A DNA stretch of 64,000 nucleotides from the human T2T-CHM13v2.0 reference genome, Homo sapiens. How positions within the stretch are numbered: position 1 is the first letter of the stretch; each line of letters opens with the position of its first letter. Of this stretch, positions 1 to 23,185 are shown in pieces. Where the stretch lies: NCBI RefSeq assembly GCF_009914755.1, contig NC_060934.1, one strand, 5' to 3'. Made by a program: the position numbers and the translations under genes. Under the pieces are notes generated by a model, which did no database searches, was not told the DNA's origin, and worked only from the letters and a program-made list of their open reading frames with translations.

Positions 1-998
1 TGTGTCTATATAGAAAGGGAAGACATGAGAGACTCCATTTTGAAAAAAGACCTGTACTTTAAACAATTGCTTTGCTGAGATGTTGTTAATTTGTAGCTTT
101 GCCCCAGACACTTTGCCCCAGCCACTTTGACCCAACCTGGAGCTCACAAAAACATGTGTTGTATGAAATCAAGGTTTAAGGGATCTAGGGCTGTGCAGGA
201 TGTGCCTTGTTAACAAAATGTTTATGAGCAGTATACTTGGTAAAAGTCATCGCCATTCTCTAGTCTCAATAAACCAGGGGCACAATGCACTTCGGAAAGC
301 CGCAGGGACCTCTGCCCTTGAAAGCTGGGTATTGTCCAAGGTTTCTCCCCATGCAATAGTCTGAAATATGGCCTCGTGGGATGAGAAAGACCTGACCGTC
401 CCCCAGCCTGACACCCGTAAAGGGTCTGTGCTGAGGTGGATTAGTAAAAGAGGAAAGCCTCTTGCAGTTGAGATAGAGGAAGGCCACTGTCTCCTGCCTG
501 CCCCTGGGAACTAAATGTCTCGGTATAAAACCCGATTGTACATTTGTTCAATTCTGAGATGGGAGAAAAACCGCCCTGTGGCGGGAGGCGAGACATGTTT
601 GCAGCAATGCTGCTTTGTTATTCTTTACTCCACTGAGATGTTTGGGTGGAGAGAAACATAAATCTGGCTTATGTGCACATCCAGGCATAGTACCTTCCCT
701 TGAACTTAATTATGACATAGATTCTATTGCTCACATGTTTTTTGCTGACCTTCTCCTTATTATCACCCTGCTCTCCTACTATGTTCCTTTTTGCTGAAAT
801 AATAAAAATAATAATCAATAAAAACTGAGGGAACTCAGAGGCTGGTGCCGGTGCAGGTCCTTGGTGTGCTGAGTGCCGGTCTCCTGGGCCCACTGTTGTT
901 TCTCTATACTTTGTCTCTGTGTCTTATTTCTTTTCTCAGTCTCTCGTCCCACCCGACTAGAAATACCCACAGGTGTGGAGGGGCAGGCCACCCCTTCA
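1..998 (+). mobile_element. HERV-K(HML-2) LTR5A-type solo LTR, 5' end just outside the window
   Basis: LTR5 hallmarks (gcagggacctctgcc...gtctgaaatatggcctcgtggg...cggtataaaacccgattgta); TATA at 524-530, AATAAA at 817-822; ends ...ccccttCA at 998; no primer-binding site follows. Confidence 0.9.
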
Positions 999-1312
999 CT
1001 AAAAAACAGAAATTTATTTCTTACTATTCTAGAGGCTAGAAGTCCAAAATCAAGGCACTGTCAGATTCATTGTCTGGTAAGGGCCTGTTTCCTAATTCGT
1101 AGATGGCACCTTCTTGCTGTGTCCTCGCACAGTGGAAGGGCAAGACATCTCTCTGGGGCCTCTTTTATAAGGACATTTATTCCATTAATGAGGGTTCTGC
1201 CCTCATGACATAATCACCTCCCAAAAGTCCCTACCTCCTAATACCACCACCTTGTGGGGTTACGATTTCAACATAAGAATTTGGAGGGACACAAGCATTC
1301 AAATCATAGTAC
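999..1312 (-). mobile_element. MLT1A/MST-like MaLR LTR fragment that hosts the LTR5 insertion
   Basis: aacagaaatttatttc...tctagaggctagaagtccaaaatcaagg...cctcatgacataatcacctccc is typical MaLR LTR sequence. Confidence 0.75.
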
Positions 1313-1639
1313 TAATTTTTTTGTTTCTCTTTCTCTCCATTTTTATTTCCTATGTAAGTTGTTGCATGCAAGCTAATGTTACAATTTAGTCTTTAGGTAA
1401 AAAATAATAGAGACTATGACTGCATTTGATAAGTATTTAGTAAAGCCAGTGATGCAATGATTGTTGGGACTGTGTGTCTTCTCATTTTGGAGAGAGGATG
1501 AGAACTTCTTCATTTATAAGAAAGACAGTTGGTCTTCTTTAGGCGGAAATATGAAGTTGTTTCAATATTGCATGGAAATTCAAATGTATATAGGAGTGGA
1601 TATGGAAGCTGAGCGTTGATCCACTGTGCCAGTTATCAA

Positions 1640-2610
<971 letters not shown>

Positions 2611-2738
2611 GGGGAATGACAAGACTAGTAGGAAGAAGGATGAAGAATCTCAAGACAGCAAGTTTTGTCTTACAATCCAGGGATGCCCTGGGAACCAGTG
2701 ACCTGGGTGTCAAAGCTCTTTTAGAAAACAATATTGAT

Positions 2739-3360
<622 letters not shown>

Positions 3361-3534
3361 GTACGGGGTCTTTCTCAGGCCATATTTAGTTTGCTTTAAC
3401 AATCTCTAAGCACTTACATTTCATTTAATTCTTACTGGAGCTCTATAGGAGGCAGTGTCATTGCTGTTCATCTTATTATACTGATGAAAAGGCTGAGGTG
3501 AAGAAATGTGCAGGATATCATATAGCTGGGAAGT

Positions 3535-5370
<1,836 letters not shown>

Positions 5371-5598
5371 TGTGGAACTAGGATTCAGATTCTGGCAGTT
5401 TGGCTCCAGGCCCTCCTTGCTTAACTACAGGGTCAATGTAAGGCACAGAAATCTGTTTAAGTTTGCCCAGGAAGTGGGGAGAAAGGTACTGTGAAACTGA
5501 AGTGTGTTCACTGCTATGAAGTCCAGCTGAATGACCTGGAGCAAGTCACAGGCAGCTATTTTCTGTCTCTCACTATCCCTCGTCTCTGCATATCTGCC

Positions 5599-5790
5599 TG
5601 TGGTAGTTAACTTTATGTGTCAACTTGACTGGGCCATAGGATGCCCAGATATTTGGTCAAATGTGATTCTGGGTGTTTCTGTGAGGGTGTTTGTGGATGA
5701 GATTAACATATACATTGGTAGACTGAAAGCCAATTGCCTCCAATTGTGGGTGGGGCTCATCCAATAGGTTGAAGGCCTGAATAGAATACA
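5599..5790 (+). mobile_element. MLT2 (ERVL) LTR 5' fragment
   Basis: tgtggtagttaactttatgtgtcaacttgactgggcca...gatgagattaacat matches the MLT2 consensus start. Confidence 0.8.
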
Positions 5791-5914
5791 AATCAGCCAG
5801 TTTACAGGCTGTCGTGTGGGGTAAGGAGGTCATGCAGATAAACACTCAGCACAGAGCATCATCCAACACTAGCCCAGCCCTTGGGGGCCATTCTCCTGCA
5901 TTAAAGCTCCTGCT

Positions 5915-6239
<325 letters not shown>

Positions 6240-6649
6240 TTAGGATAGGGAGTTAGGGGGCAAATCCCCCATTCCAGGGGCTCTCTAGCATAGCAGGGGA
6301 GACATGGAAATAACAGACAGAGTCAGGCTCCCAAGTGCAGATCTTAGGGACTGCAGCAACCACACCCACTCTCATGGTCTCTTGCCTGGCCCCACTCACT
6401 CTTGGGGCCTCTTGCCCAGCCCTCTACCTCCTGACCCTCCCCACAAAATCGGGACCATTCTCTTTCCTGCCATTCAGGGGCAGTCCTCTGATGTTTTGTC
6501 TCACCCTAGACCAAGGCTGAAGCCTCAGATATAGGCAGTGGTGAAAAGATCCGATTTGGAATTTCTATTTCTACTAGCTGTGTGACACTGGATGAGCCAC
6601 ATAACCTCCCTGTGTCTTGGGCTCAGTTTCCTCATTTTAAGGTGAGGAT

Positions 6650-7184
<535 letters not shown>

Positions 7185-8640
7185 TAAATGAGACAAATGC
7201 AGACAGCACCTGGCATAGTGCCTGGCACAGAGTAGGTGCTCTGCAAGTGTTAATTATTACTGTTGAGCCAGCCCCAATTCTATCCAAAGTGGGACTGTCA
7301 GAGCAGTGCTGATTACCCAGTCTGTCCTGGCTCAGGGCGTCCAATCACTCAGATGCGGCCCCACTTTCCCCCAGAGTGTGGTCTTCGGGGGTTTGCACAT
7401 CCCCATCATGGGTCCCAGCAAGGGCACCTTCAGCACCTCATGGGCAGCCTCTTGATGGCATGGCCTCAGGAGCACCTACCATAGTTGCCAACAATTACTT
7501 AGCCTAAGGGTCCCAGCCTTGCCAACCAGTGTCCTGGGTGGCTTCACACAAAAGTAAGTCTGGGTGGTTTGGGGTCTGATCCTGGCCGGTGTTCCCTGAG
7601 GGGTGAGGGCTGAGTTCTGCCAGAGTCAAATGCCTTCACCAGGTCTGGACTGTGAAGGTCAGATCAGGTCCGGACCGTGGCCCCTGACCCCTGCCGCTGC
7701 AAACAACTGTCCAGAGTCCAGGCTGCCTCATGGCTCAGGCAAAGGCCCAGGTACTCCCTGGGGGCTGGATCAACAAGCTCAAGAGCCACCCAGAGTCCCA
7801 GCCAGCACCTCCCAGAGGTGACCTCACTGACTACTCCAGTAGCCTCTGTTCCGACAGCCCGGTGGGAGCCATCCTGGGAACAGGCCAAGAGGAGGGAGCC
7901 TCTTGGCCCAGAGATGTGAGTGCGTGTCCTGGGCCTGGCTCCACGGTGCTCCTGAACAGAGCCCCCTGCCCTACAGCTCCAGGGAACTTCCTGTTTGGGT
8001 GCCATCCTGATGGTGTCAAGAGTATTGTGGTAACACACCATATTGTGTGTCAGGAGACCTAAACTCCCATCATCAATGAGCAGTGTGACCTGGGGCAAGT
8101 CGCATCCCCTCTCTGGGCCTCAGTTACTCCCTCCATAAAATGAGAAGCCTGGAGCAAATGATCCTTAAGGCCTCTTCCAGCTCAGGCATCTAATGGTAGC
8201 ATACTGCCAGGTACACAGTAGCTGCTCAGGGAATGGTTAGTAATTTAATCATAAGATTCAAGGCAGGATTCCACAGTTCCTGGCACCCATCTGCTTTCTT
8301 GCTTTGCATTTTGCCTCTGCCATTAGCAGATTTGTGTCCGGTGTCAGCCCAGGGCCTGGCATATAATAGATGTTAAAAAAATGTGAGCTGAGTCTATATA
8401 TGCAGTACTTTTACAGTAGCCTAGAGACAGAACAGGATCTGACTGTGAACTGCAAGTGCTGATCACGGGGTCACAGCATGGGCCACACATTTCTTCTTGT
8501 TACAAGTTTCTGGCCTTCCTTTCTGGCCAATTGAAAGTCATTGCACTGAGGCTTAGATAATCAACCAAGCAGCACTACCCTGTTCCCTGAATAGTGCAGG
8601 CACTGCTTTTGCTCACACTGTTCCTTCTGCCTAGAACACC

Positions 8641-9393
<753 letters not shown>

Positions 9394-9831
9394 ACTCTGG
9401 TCTCCTACCTCTGCTGGTCGAAGTTCTATCCGGCCTCCAGTGACAACTTCTGCTGAAAGATTCCCCAGCTCTCCCCTCACATACTCTCTCCTTCCCTTTT
9501 GTATTTCCTTAGAACCCTCATCTACACCTCTCTTTTGTGTCCACAGTGATCCCTCCCCTACCAGCAGAGTGCAAACGCTTTGAGGGCAGAAGTTGGTCCT
9601 TTTCATTCCTGCTTTCCACATCCAGATTGTTTGCAGCTAGCAGGTGCCTAGACCATATTTGTTGAGTTGGACGGAATCATAATTTTTCTGCATGTTATGC
9701 TTTTTCCAGAGAGTCTGCTGGACCGCCCCGTGGAATGTGAAAACATTCCAGAGGCTAAAAATATCGCCCCAAAGCCGCTGCAGGAGCTTCCTTGTAAGGG
9801 GTGATGTGACTCCAGAGGCTGGAAGTTTATG

Positions 9832-9848
9832 TTCACCAGGTGGCGCTC
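9832..9848 (+). promoter_or_regulatory. Candidate CTCF site
   Basis: TCACCAGGTGGCGCT closely matches CCASYAGRKGGCRS and lies in unique sequence. Confidence 0.55.
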
Positions 9849-10299
9849 TGACTCTCAAGTTTCCCAATGCCTTTTTTAGAAAGGAAGGATTATGTTCCCT
9901 CTTTTAAAGTTTGTTCACTTAGGTCCCCCCCTCACATTAATTCCCTGTCACCAGCCCAGCACCCAGATTCGGATCCCAGCTGCCCATCTGAGCCTACGCC
10001 CTATTCAAGACCGGCATCTGGAGGGCACTGAGGATGTCCCCCCAGGGCACAGAAGGATGCTAAGGGATGCTGAGGGGAAAGCCCTGAAACTGGGATCTGA
10101 AGACCTAGGTTTGAGTCCCAACAATGACACTTACAAGTTGTGTTTCTTTGGGCAAGTCACTTAGCCTTTCTGGGTCCCTGTGAGTGTAGTCAAGAATAAA
10201 ATGTGGAGATTATATAAACGCACTTTAAATTTGGTGTGGAGTCAGCTCCCCTGGGCTGGTGTTTGAGGTTTCACCACCTTCCTATGAACATGGTCAGCT

Positions 10300-10594
10300 T
10301 CTTTTTTTTGAGATGGAGTCTTGCTCTGTTGCCAGGCTGGAGTGCAGTGGTGTGATCTCGGCTCACTGCAACCTCTGACTCCCTAGTTCAAGCGATTCTT
10401 CTGCCTCAGCCTCCCAAGTAGCTGGGACTATAGGCGCATGCCACCATGCTGACTAATTTTTTAATCTTTAGTAGAGACAGGGTTTCACCATGTTGCCATG
10501 TTGGTCAGGTTGGTCTCAAACTCCTGACCTCATGATCCGCCCGCCTCAGCCTCCCAAAGTGCTAGGATTACAGGGGTGAGCCACCGTGCCCAGC
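10300..10594 (-). mobile_element. AluS
   Basis: Antisense Alu consensus. Confidence 0.9.
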
Positions 10595-10777
10595 CATGGT
10601 CTGCTTCTTTAACCCTGTAAGCCCCAGTTTCCCCATCAGCAAATCAGAAATAGATATAAAAATAACAATCATTTTATAGGGTTGTTGTAAGGATCAAGTA
10701 AAACAACGAATAGAAAGTGCTTGTCATAGTGCCTAGAATACAGTAAGCATTCAATTAATAAAAATCACATGTATATT

Positions 10778-11107
<330 letters not shown>

Positions 11108-11359
11108 CTAAAACAGTGCCCAGCATTTAATAGGTGCTCAATATCTATTTGCTGGTAACAGGATTTTACAGATGAGGAAACTGAGGCACAAAGAGCTCAA
11201 GCCTACCCTCCCTGCAGGTTCCAGCACTAAGGAGTAGTGAAGCAATGATTCATAGCCAGGCAGTCTGACTCCAGGACCTGCACCCGTAGTCTCTATACCA
11301 TGCTGTCGCACACAGACAGAGGTGTCATACATCACCATTTGTTCATTTAAAATATGCAT

Positions 11360-11757
<398 letters not shown>

Positions 11758-12621
11758 TTACATATATATGCATTTAGGCCAGGTGCAGTGGCTCATGCCT
11801 ATAATCTTAACACTTTAGGAGGCCGAGGAGGGAGGATCATTTGAGCCCAGGAGTTTGAAACCAGCCTGGGCAAGATGGCAAGATTCCGTCTCTATTTTTT
11901 TTTAATACATTCAGAGCCTTCTCCAAGTGGGCTGAGTTGGCAGTGAGAGCATTACCCGCTGAGAAGCCACATAGCTTTTCTCTCCCAAGGGGAGCCAGCC
12001 TGCTGGAAGAGGACCTGCTCAGCCAGGCCAAAGGCCAGAGGACTCATCTTATGACCGGGAGATGAAGACTAGCTCTGCAGCGTGGGGTCAGCTGTAGGTC
12101 TGAGGCATGCACTGTCCCCAGGGTAAGAGGGGCACCCTCAGTTCCATTGCTGCCCCTGCAGCCACTCAGTCATCTGCTCCACGTATTTTACTCAGGGTCT
12201 CCTATGAGCCAGGCACAGGCAAAGATGGATAAGACATGATATCCAATAGTTATGATGTAGCCGACTCAACACTGCTGCAGAGGGATGGTCCAACTGGGGG
12301 CCTAGAAGAGCAGCCTCAGAGGCTGGACCAAAAGGAAGCAGCATTTAAACTGAGCCTTGAAGGATAAATAGGAGTTTTGCTGTCAAGTGGGGTGTGGGAA
12401 TGAGGGCATTCTGAGCTTACTTGGGAAATTTGGAAAGGATTAGTGGGTTGTATGCTGGGTGACAGCATGGGACAGGGAAGGAAGTGGCAAGCCAGGAAGT
12501 TGGAAATTGGTTGGGGACAAATTGTGAAATAGGCCACACAGAAGAGACAGCTTCTGTCCTGTCTCAGTAGGGGAAGCAGTGTAACAAACATCAGGTCTGT
12601 CTTTTAGAAAGATGTCATGAC

Positions 12622-12955
<334 letters not shown>

Positions 12956-13349
12956 GATGCCATGGGCACAAAGGTTGAGCATGAAGGAGAGAAGAGAGAC
13001 TGGTGGTAGTTACCAGCTTCCTGGTCTGAACCCAGGTAGGCTTCATTCCTCCTCAGCAAAATGAGGGGAGTTGCGTGTATCTCTGTGGTTGTTTTGAGGG
13101 TTAAATGAGAACTCAGGTAAAGCGGTGGCACGGAATAATAATAATGTAAAGCATCGTTAGCCTCCATCACAGGCAGTTCGGCCTAGTAGTTAAGTCCGTG
13201 GGCTTTGCTTCCTCTTGGCCCTGGGTTTGTGTCCCAGCCATGTTAGGTAGCGTATTTTGAATGTGGGCAAGACAGAAGGATGGCAAGGAAGGGTTGGATA
13301 AAAGAGGGTGTGGACAATAAGCTTGTGCCGAGTGGAACGAGTGGCGGTG

Positions 13350-15230
<1,881 letters not shown>

Positions 15231-16145
15231 GTGGGTTGTACCCTTACACTTGTGGAGTCTCCTCTTGCCTCTACCTACTCCGCCTTTGTCCTTAAGGTTT
15301 TTGCAGGCCAGTGCCAAACACACACTAACTGTCCTGGCCTCTCCGTGACACAAGTCTCTTCCCAGCCTTCCTCACAGGCTTCTGCCGCCCCCCTCATCTC
15401 CACCCTCCCCCATATCTGTTTGCATTAGGAGTTCCACGACCATGGTGGAATGTTAAGGTGAACCCCACCCCTTCTTACAGATGGGGACCCAGAGCCTGCT
15501 CTTGGGAACAGCCAGAGTAAGATTGGAACCCAGACTTGCAGTCCAGCGCTGTTTGCATTAAAAGGGTGGGTGAGTCAGGACCCCTGGCTCAGGAGCCGCC
15601 TCTCCTAAAAGAGGGTTTCAAGGCCAAATGGGTTTGTCAACGGTGCTGTCTCCCTTTCTTGGAGATGCTCATTAGCTTATCAAAGACTGAGAAGTCCCGC
15701 TGTTACAGAAATAATTTAGTTTGCTGTATTAACTGCTCCTGGGCCTGGAGCAGTATTCCCACCTTAAGATTCCCAGCATCCCTGTGCTGTCCCGGCTCTC
15801 ATTCATGCCGAAGGGCCCAACCCATTGGCTGTGTTCTGTTTGAAGATTTGGGGGGCGCCTTCTCTTTCTTCCCCAGGGAATTCTCTAGCAGAGGGAGGGG
15901 ACCCACCCCAGTGAGGAAGTAGATTGCTGCCTCTAGCCAGAGACCTGAACTGGGGAATTTGAACATTCCTTTACATTGTTGGAGAAATGAAGCCAAAGTT
16001 ATTCAGATGGTTTTCCCAGGCTAAAGGAAAGTCACCTGCAAGAGATCCCGGCACTGATCTGGAGCAGCTGACAGGGTGGGTCTCCCTTACCAAAGAGAAG
16101 AACCACTCTCTGGCGCTGGGGTGACCTGCTGGCTGGGCCTGTAAG

Positions 16146-17353
16146 GTAAGACGCTTCTTGGTTTTCTGGAAGGGGTCCTGGGCATTTGAATAAAAAGCAC
16201 AGAGCCTACTCCTTTTCCAGAAGTTAAAGGGTTTTTATTCAGAGCAAGTTGGAGAGGTGACGGTAATAACCACAATATCTACAGAGTTGTGAAAATTCAA
16301 CCTTTTTGCTAAATCCTTCAATGGTCTGCTCTTTTATTTTTTCTTTCTCTTTTGTTTTGTTTTTGAGGCAGTCTTACTGGGTCACCCACGCTGGAGTGCA
16401 GTGATGTGATTATGGCTCAATGCAGTCTCGACCTCCCAGACTGAAGCGATCCTCTCACCTCAGCCTCCCGGGTAGCTGGGACTACAGGCACATACCACCA
16501 TGCCTGGCTAGTTTTTAAATTTTTGTAGAGACAGGGCCCCATTGTATTTTGCATGCTGGTCTCGAACTCCTGGGCTCAAGAGATCCTCCCGTCTCAGCCT
16601 CCCAGAGTGTTGGGATTACAGATCTCAGCCACTGTGCCTGGCCAGGTCTGCTGTTTGAAAAGGCTCAACCTTCTCTGGATTAGAAACTAGAAGAGGGGAG
16701 GCTGCGTGTTTTTGTGAGCTTGTTTTTAAAGCTTAGGTGCACAGGTGTTAGCTTTCTCTGTGGAGGCTGCAAAGGTGTAGTTTCAGGGTGTGTGAAGCAT
16801 GAATGTAGTTCTAGATATGTTGCCATCAGAGCACCTATGTAGCTCTATTATATGGTTGGCACGTCTCAAAGCATTTTATAGGTGTCCATTGATTCTCTCA
16901 GTAACCCTAATGAGGTGGGTTCTAATGTCATTGCCATATTCCAAATGAGGAGGTTGAATCCCAGAGAGGTTAAATACCTTGCCCAAGGTCTCCCAGCTAA
17001 TGAGTGGTAGAGGTAGGATTTGAACCCTGGCAGCCTGGCCTCTTCATGACCAGGCTATACTCTATATAGTAGGGTATCAATACATGTTAGATACTGTTAA
17101 TGTAGCTATTTTTTAAATTGTGGTAAAATATACATAAAATTTACCATCTTAACCATTTTTAAGTGTATAGTTCAGTGGCATTAAGAACATTCACAGCTAG
17201 TCGCAGTGGCTCATGTCTGTAATCCCAGCACTTTGGGGGGCCGAGGCTTGAGACTAGGAGTCCCCTCAGCCCCAAGTGCTGGTGCAGTGAGAGCCTGGGG
17301 TGAGACACTTGGGGTGCTTTGGAAGCCCTTTGACTTTGGTTCTCCTGTTGCAG
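16146..17353 (+). other. MARVELD1: Predicted MARVELD1 3'-UTR intron (contains an Alu, MIR and an L1 fragment)
   Basis: Donor AAG|gtaaga; acceptor ttctcctgttgcag|G; repeats are confined to this interval. Confidence 0.8.
16340..16644 (-). mobile_element. AluJ
   Basis: Diverged antisense Alu. Confidence 0.85.
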
Positions 17354-18284
17354 GTTTCCATGTTGCTGAGGCCATGGAGATTCCCAGAGCTGGTCACACC
17401 GACCGCTCTCAGGGCCCGCTGCCCTGGGCTGGCAACACCATTCTGGCCTTGGCCTGCAGAAGCTTTCAGAGTCTTCACTGGCAGTAGGGGGAGATGGGGA
17501 GAGGAATGATCTCTGCCCAGCCCCTTCCTTTCCAAACCATGCAATGGAAGAGCCCAGATGGGTGAAGATTGATTTTGCCTTAACTCAAGAGAATTCCTGT
17601 TCTCCTTGTGCTATGATTTGGACACAAGATTCTGGATACCTGGAACTTAGCTGTGTACTCCTGTACCCTAAACAGTGGATTTGAGTTCCAGCGTTTATTC
17701 TTTTTTCCTTTTTTCAGATCACCATCTAAGTTACATCTTTAGCTCAGGTCCATCCTTCTCAAGATCTCCTTCTTAGCCCCCCAGCCCCTGGTGCTGTCTG
17801 TGGTCAGGTGACCTTACTCAGGAGCAGATATCTCCTTGGCCGCCATGGAGCCTCATCCATCCACACGTGCCTGTAGCATTCCAGAGCTCACTGCCCTTCT
17901 AGATGTGCCTTCCCGCTTGGCTTCCAGCGGCTTGTGCTCACTCTGTCTGCCAGGTATGAGAAGAACACGTAAGACCGCCACCACACTCACCCTCCCTCAA
18001 GGCCCTGTGCCATAGGGGTGGCCACCCGACCTGCCCCCAGAACTTTTGGATACTGGAGGCAGTTGCATAGGTCTCCCTCTCTGGGCACCAGGACTCAGTC
18101 CAGCCCAAGACTACTCTGGGCAGCTCCCATCCCAGTCTGGGGCCATTTGCAGACTCAGGAAAGGATTTCTACAGTGTTCTATAAAAGCCAAAAGAGAGAG
18201 TGGGTTTGGGAAGAGTGAGGGTGGTTGGGGAGAGGGGACCGATGTGCCTCATTGTTTAGTGGTGATTACAAATATGCTTTTCTG

Positions 18285-18330
18285 GATAAAGTTTGGTTGT
18301 TTGCTCTTGGTGTGTGTGTCTTCTGTCCTG
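18285..18330 (+). terminator. MARVELD1: Likely MARVELD1 poly(A) site: variant hexamer GATAAA plus GU-rich downstream element
   Basis: GATAAA at 18285-18290 followed by gtttggttgtttgctcttggtgtgtgtgtcttctgt. Confidence 0.65.
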
Positions 18331-18953
18331 GTCCTCTGTAGCGTCCCTCCATGTGAGGTCCTCCCATTCTATCTCATTGTGCCTCACGCCCTGCTGCTGG
18401 CCTCCTTTCTGCCTCTCTGGCTTCCTCTTTCCTTCTAGGAGGGAAAGAGAGTGAGTTCACAGATCTCTAGTGCAGTTAGGAGCTTGGGCCAGGGGTTGCC
18501 TGAGGACAGAAACCAGAGGGAAGAAAACTGCCTGTGTCCCTGATGGAGGCTGGAGGGAATTCCAGAGGCTTTTGTCCCTGCTCTCAATGGGCCCTCTGTT
18601 AGGGAGCTCCACTGCCTCTCATTCTGTGCGCAGAAAGACCGTGGTTGTGGAGCTAGAGGGTCCTGTTCTAGTCCAACCCCATCGTTTTACAGAAGAGGAA
18701 ATGAAGTCCAGGGCGTGGTGGCAACCTGCCTGATGCTACACAGCTGATTAGGGGCAGAGTTGGGGTCTCCCGTAGCCAGGCCCTGTTTTTTTCCCTGCAC
18801 ACCACTGTGGCCTGCTCTGGTGTTGCCTCCTGGACCACACCCCACCTGCCTTTCACCCGATTCCCCAGAGATTCTTTGTCCAGCCAGCTGCTGGCTGCTG
18901 ACGGATGCCCTGGAAAGGGTGTGAGGGCAGAGTTAAGAGGCTTCCTCCCAGGC

Positions 18954-19097
18954 TCCTCCTCCCTGTGCCCTGGGCGTGACATCTGCAGCCTGGAAAGAGG
19001 ATTTTTCAAAACTCACCTGGAACATTCCTCCTCCCTGTGCCCTGGGCGTGACATCTGCAGCCAGGAAACAGGAAGATTTCAAAACTCACCTGGAACA
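18954..19097. repeat. Two-copy 72-bp tandem duplication
   Basis: tcctcctccctgtgccctgggcgtgacatctgcagcc...tttcaaaactcacctggaaca at 18954 and 19026. Confidence 0.92.
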
Positions 19098-19442
19098 GCT
19101 CCAGGCTGGGATCTGATGCCACGTGTGTGTGCGCCACACCCACTGTCTTCCAAAGAACCATTCCAGTGCCTGCGCACACAAACATACACAGGCACACACA
19201 CTCTCTTCATAATTTGGTTTGTGACTGGAGAGTGGGGGAGGAAAACACCATCAGCTGCCAAGGCCCCTCCCCTACTCCCCTCTTCCCTCTCCTGTCTGTT
19301 CGTGAATTTCAGGCAAAGTAAAAAGTGGCTCTGCTTTCTGCAAAGGCTGGTAAGCCCCTGCTCTACTCTATTTTAGCAGTGGAGCGTTTTGCAGTTGAAA
19401 ATGTGCTTCCCCCTGCATTACCCTATTTGATCTTCTCTGTAG

Positions 19443-19735
<293 letters not shown>

Positions 19736-20334
19736 CCCTTCCCAGTAGTCTCATAGGTTGGCATTGTTGCCCCCCACATCTGCCACCTCATTCAATAGAG
19801 GAAATGGAGCCCAGAGAATGGAAAGGCCTTATCCATGGTCACAGAGCTGGCTAGCGGCAGGGCAGGGACTGGAAGGCAGAGGTTTCTTTAAGCCCTGTGG
19901 TCCTTTGGCAGGCTCTAGAGAGTCTAGGGAGTTTGGTTTTCCTTCCAGGAGACCAGGTGTTTAGGAATGGCCTAATCTGGCATTTCCTGCTTAGTGCACT
20001 TTGAAATAAGACACTGCTTCTCAGAGACATAATGAGGTCCTATGAGTGGGAAATCTCAGGGTTTATGTCTATTACTTTTCCTGCTTTTCTAGGGTTGGAG
20101 GTGGGGTGGTCAGCGGTAAAAAACAAGAATTAATAAATGAACATTTTCAATGATAAAAGGAAAAAGCAGGAATATGAGAGAGAAAAGTTTGGTTAGCATG
20201 ATTTATTTACGTGTTTTTTGTTTGGTCACAATAGTTATTTATAAAATAAAATAGCAATATATATCCATGAAAATATAATACCAATATGCACCATCAAAAA
20301 ACGTAAGCAGTATAGATTTGTAAAAAGAGAAGCT

Positions 20335-20935
<601 letters not shown>

Positions 20936-20961
20936 ATAAAGAAGTCATTTGACCATCCTAA

Positions 20962-21575
<614 letters not shown>

Positions 21576-21619
21576 TTGACCATCCTAATCTCATACCCTA
21601 GAGAAAAATCATTGTGTTT

Positions 21620-22222
<603 letters not shown>

Positions 22223-22889
22223 TCTCTAGTTTTTATAACTAATCAAACATTTATGGATGTGCGCGCACACACACACACACACAGACTCTTGCACGACTTA
22301 ACTTTTTAAATGTAACAATAATATAGTTCCAACTCTCTATGTCCATAGAAACAGTAGTCAGGGACTGCAAGAGTTCTATGGGCTTTCTGGAACCTTTATA
22401 ACTTTCTTACACTGGTTAACTTTGTTAGTCCCTTGGGTGTTCCCTGTAGAGATCGTAATTAAACCCATAAAAGGAGGTGGGTCCTTTTCTAGTGATGAGG
22501 AAACAGATAGTGAGGGCAGGTGGTTCCCCGGGCCTGTGCCCTTTCTAACCCTTATGCTGCCAAGAGTAGCAAGGATGGGAGGAGCCCTGGAGTGGCTGCA
22601 TCCCACTCCATAGCCAGTCTTGAGGATAGGAGTCCCAGGGACTAGGGTTGGTGGGGGCAGCTGGAAAGAGATGAGGAGGGCCTGAGACTTTCTGGGCCCG
22701 GTGGGGCAACGTATGCTGGGGAGGTGGTCAGAACCCAAGAAGAGCACTTAAGACATGCCTGGCAGGAGGTCTGTGGGACCCACCCAGGCCAGCCTCAACA
22801 GCCCATGGAAATTCCAGATTGGTTTCTAATCTGAAGGCCCTTCTTCCCTCCTTAATCCATGGCCTCATGGCCTCATTCCTTTATTCCTT

Positions 22890-23185
22890 TTATTTTTTTA
22901 TTTTTTGAGACCAAGTTTCACTCTGTCACCCAGGCTGGAGTGCAGTGGCACGATCTCGGCTCATTGCAACATCTGCCTTCTGGTTCAAGCGATTCTCCTG
23001 CCTCAACCTCCTGAGTAGCTGGGATTACAGGCGCGTGCCACCACGCCCAGCTAATTTTTGTATTTTTAGTAGAGACGGGGTTTTACCCCGTTGGCCAGGC
23101 TGGTCTCGAACTCCTGACCTCAGGTGATCACCCAGCTTGGCCTCCCAAAGTGCTGGGATTACAGGCATGAGCCGCCACACCTGGC
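22890..23185 (-). mobile_element. AluS
   Basis: Alu consensus. Confidence 0.9.

Noticed and set aside
18807-19376. 189-aa ORF with repeated SSSLCPGRDICS
   Set aside because: The repeat comes from the 72-bp duplication; GTG start and no gene context
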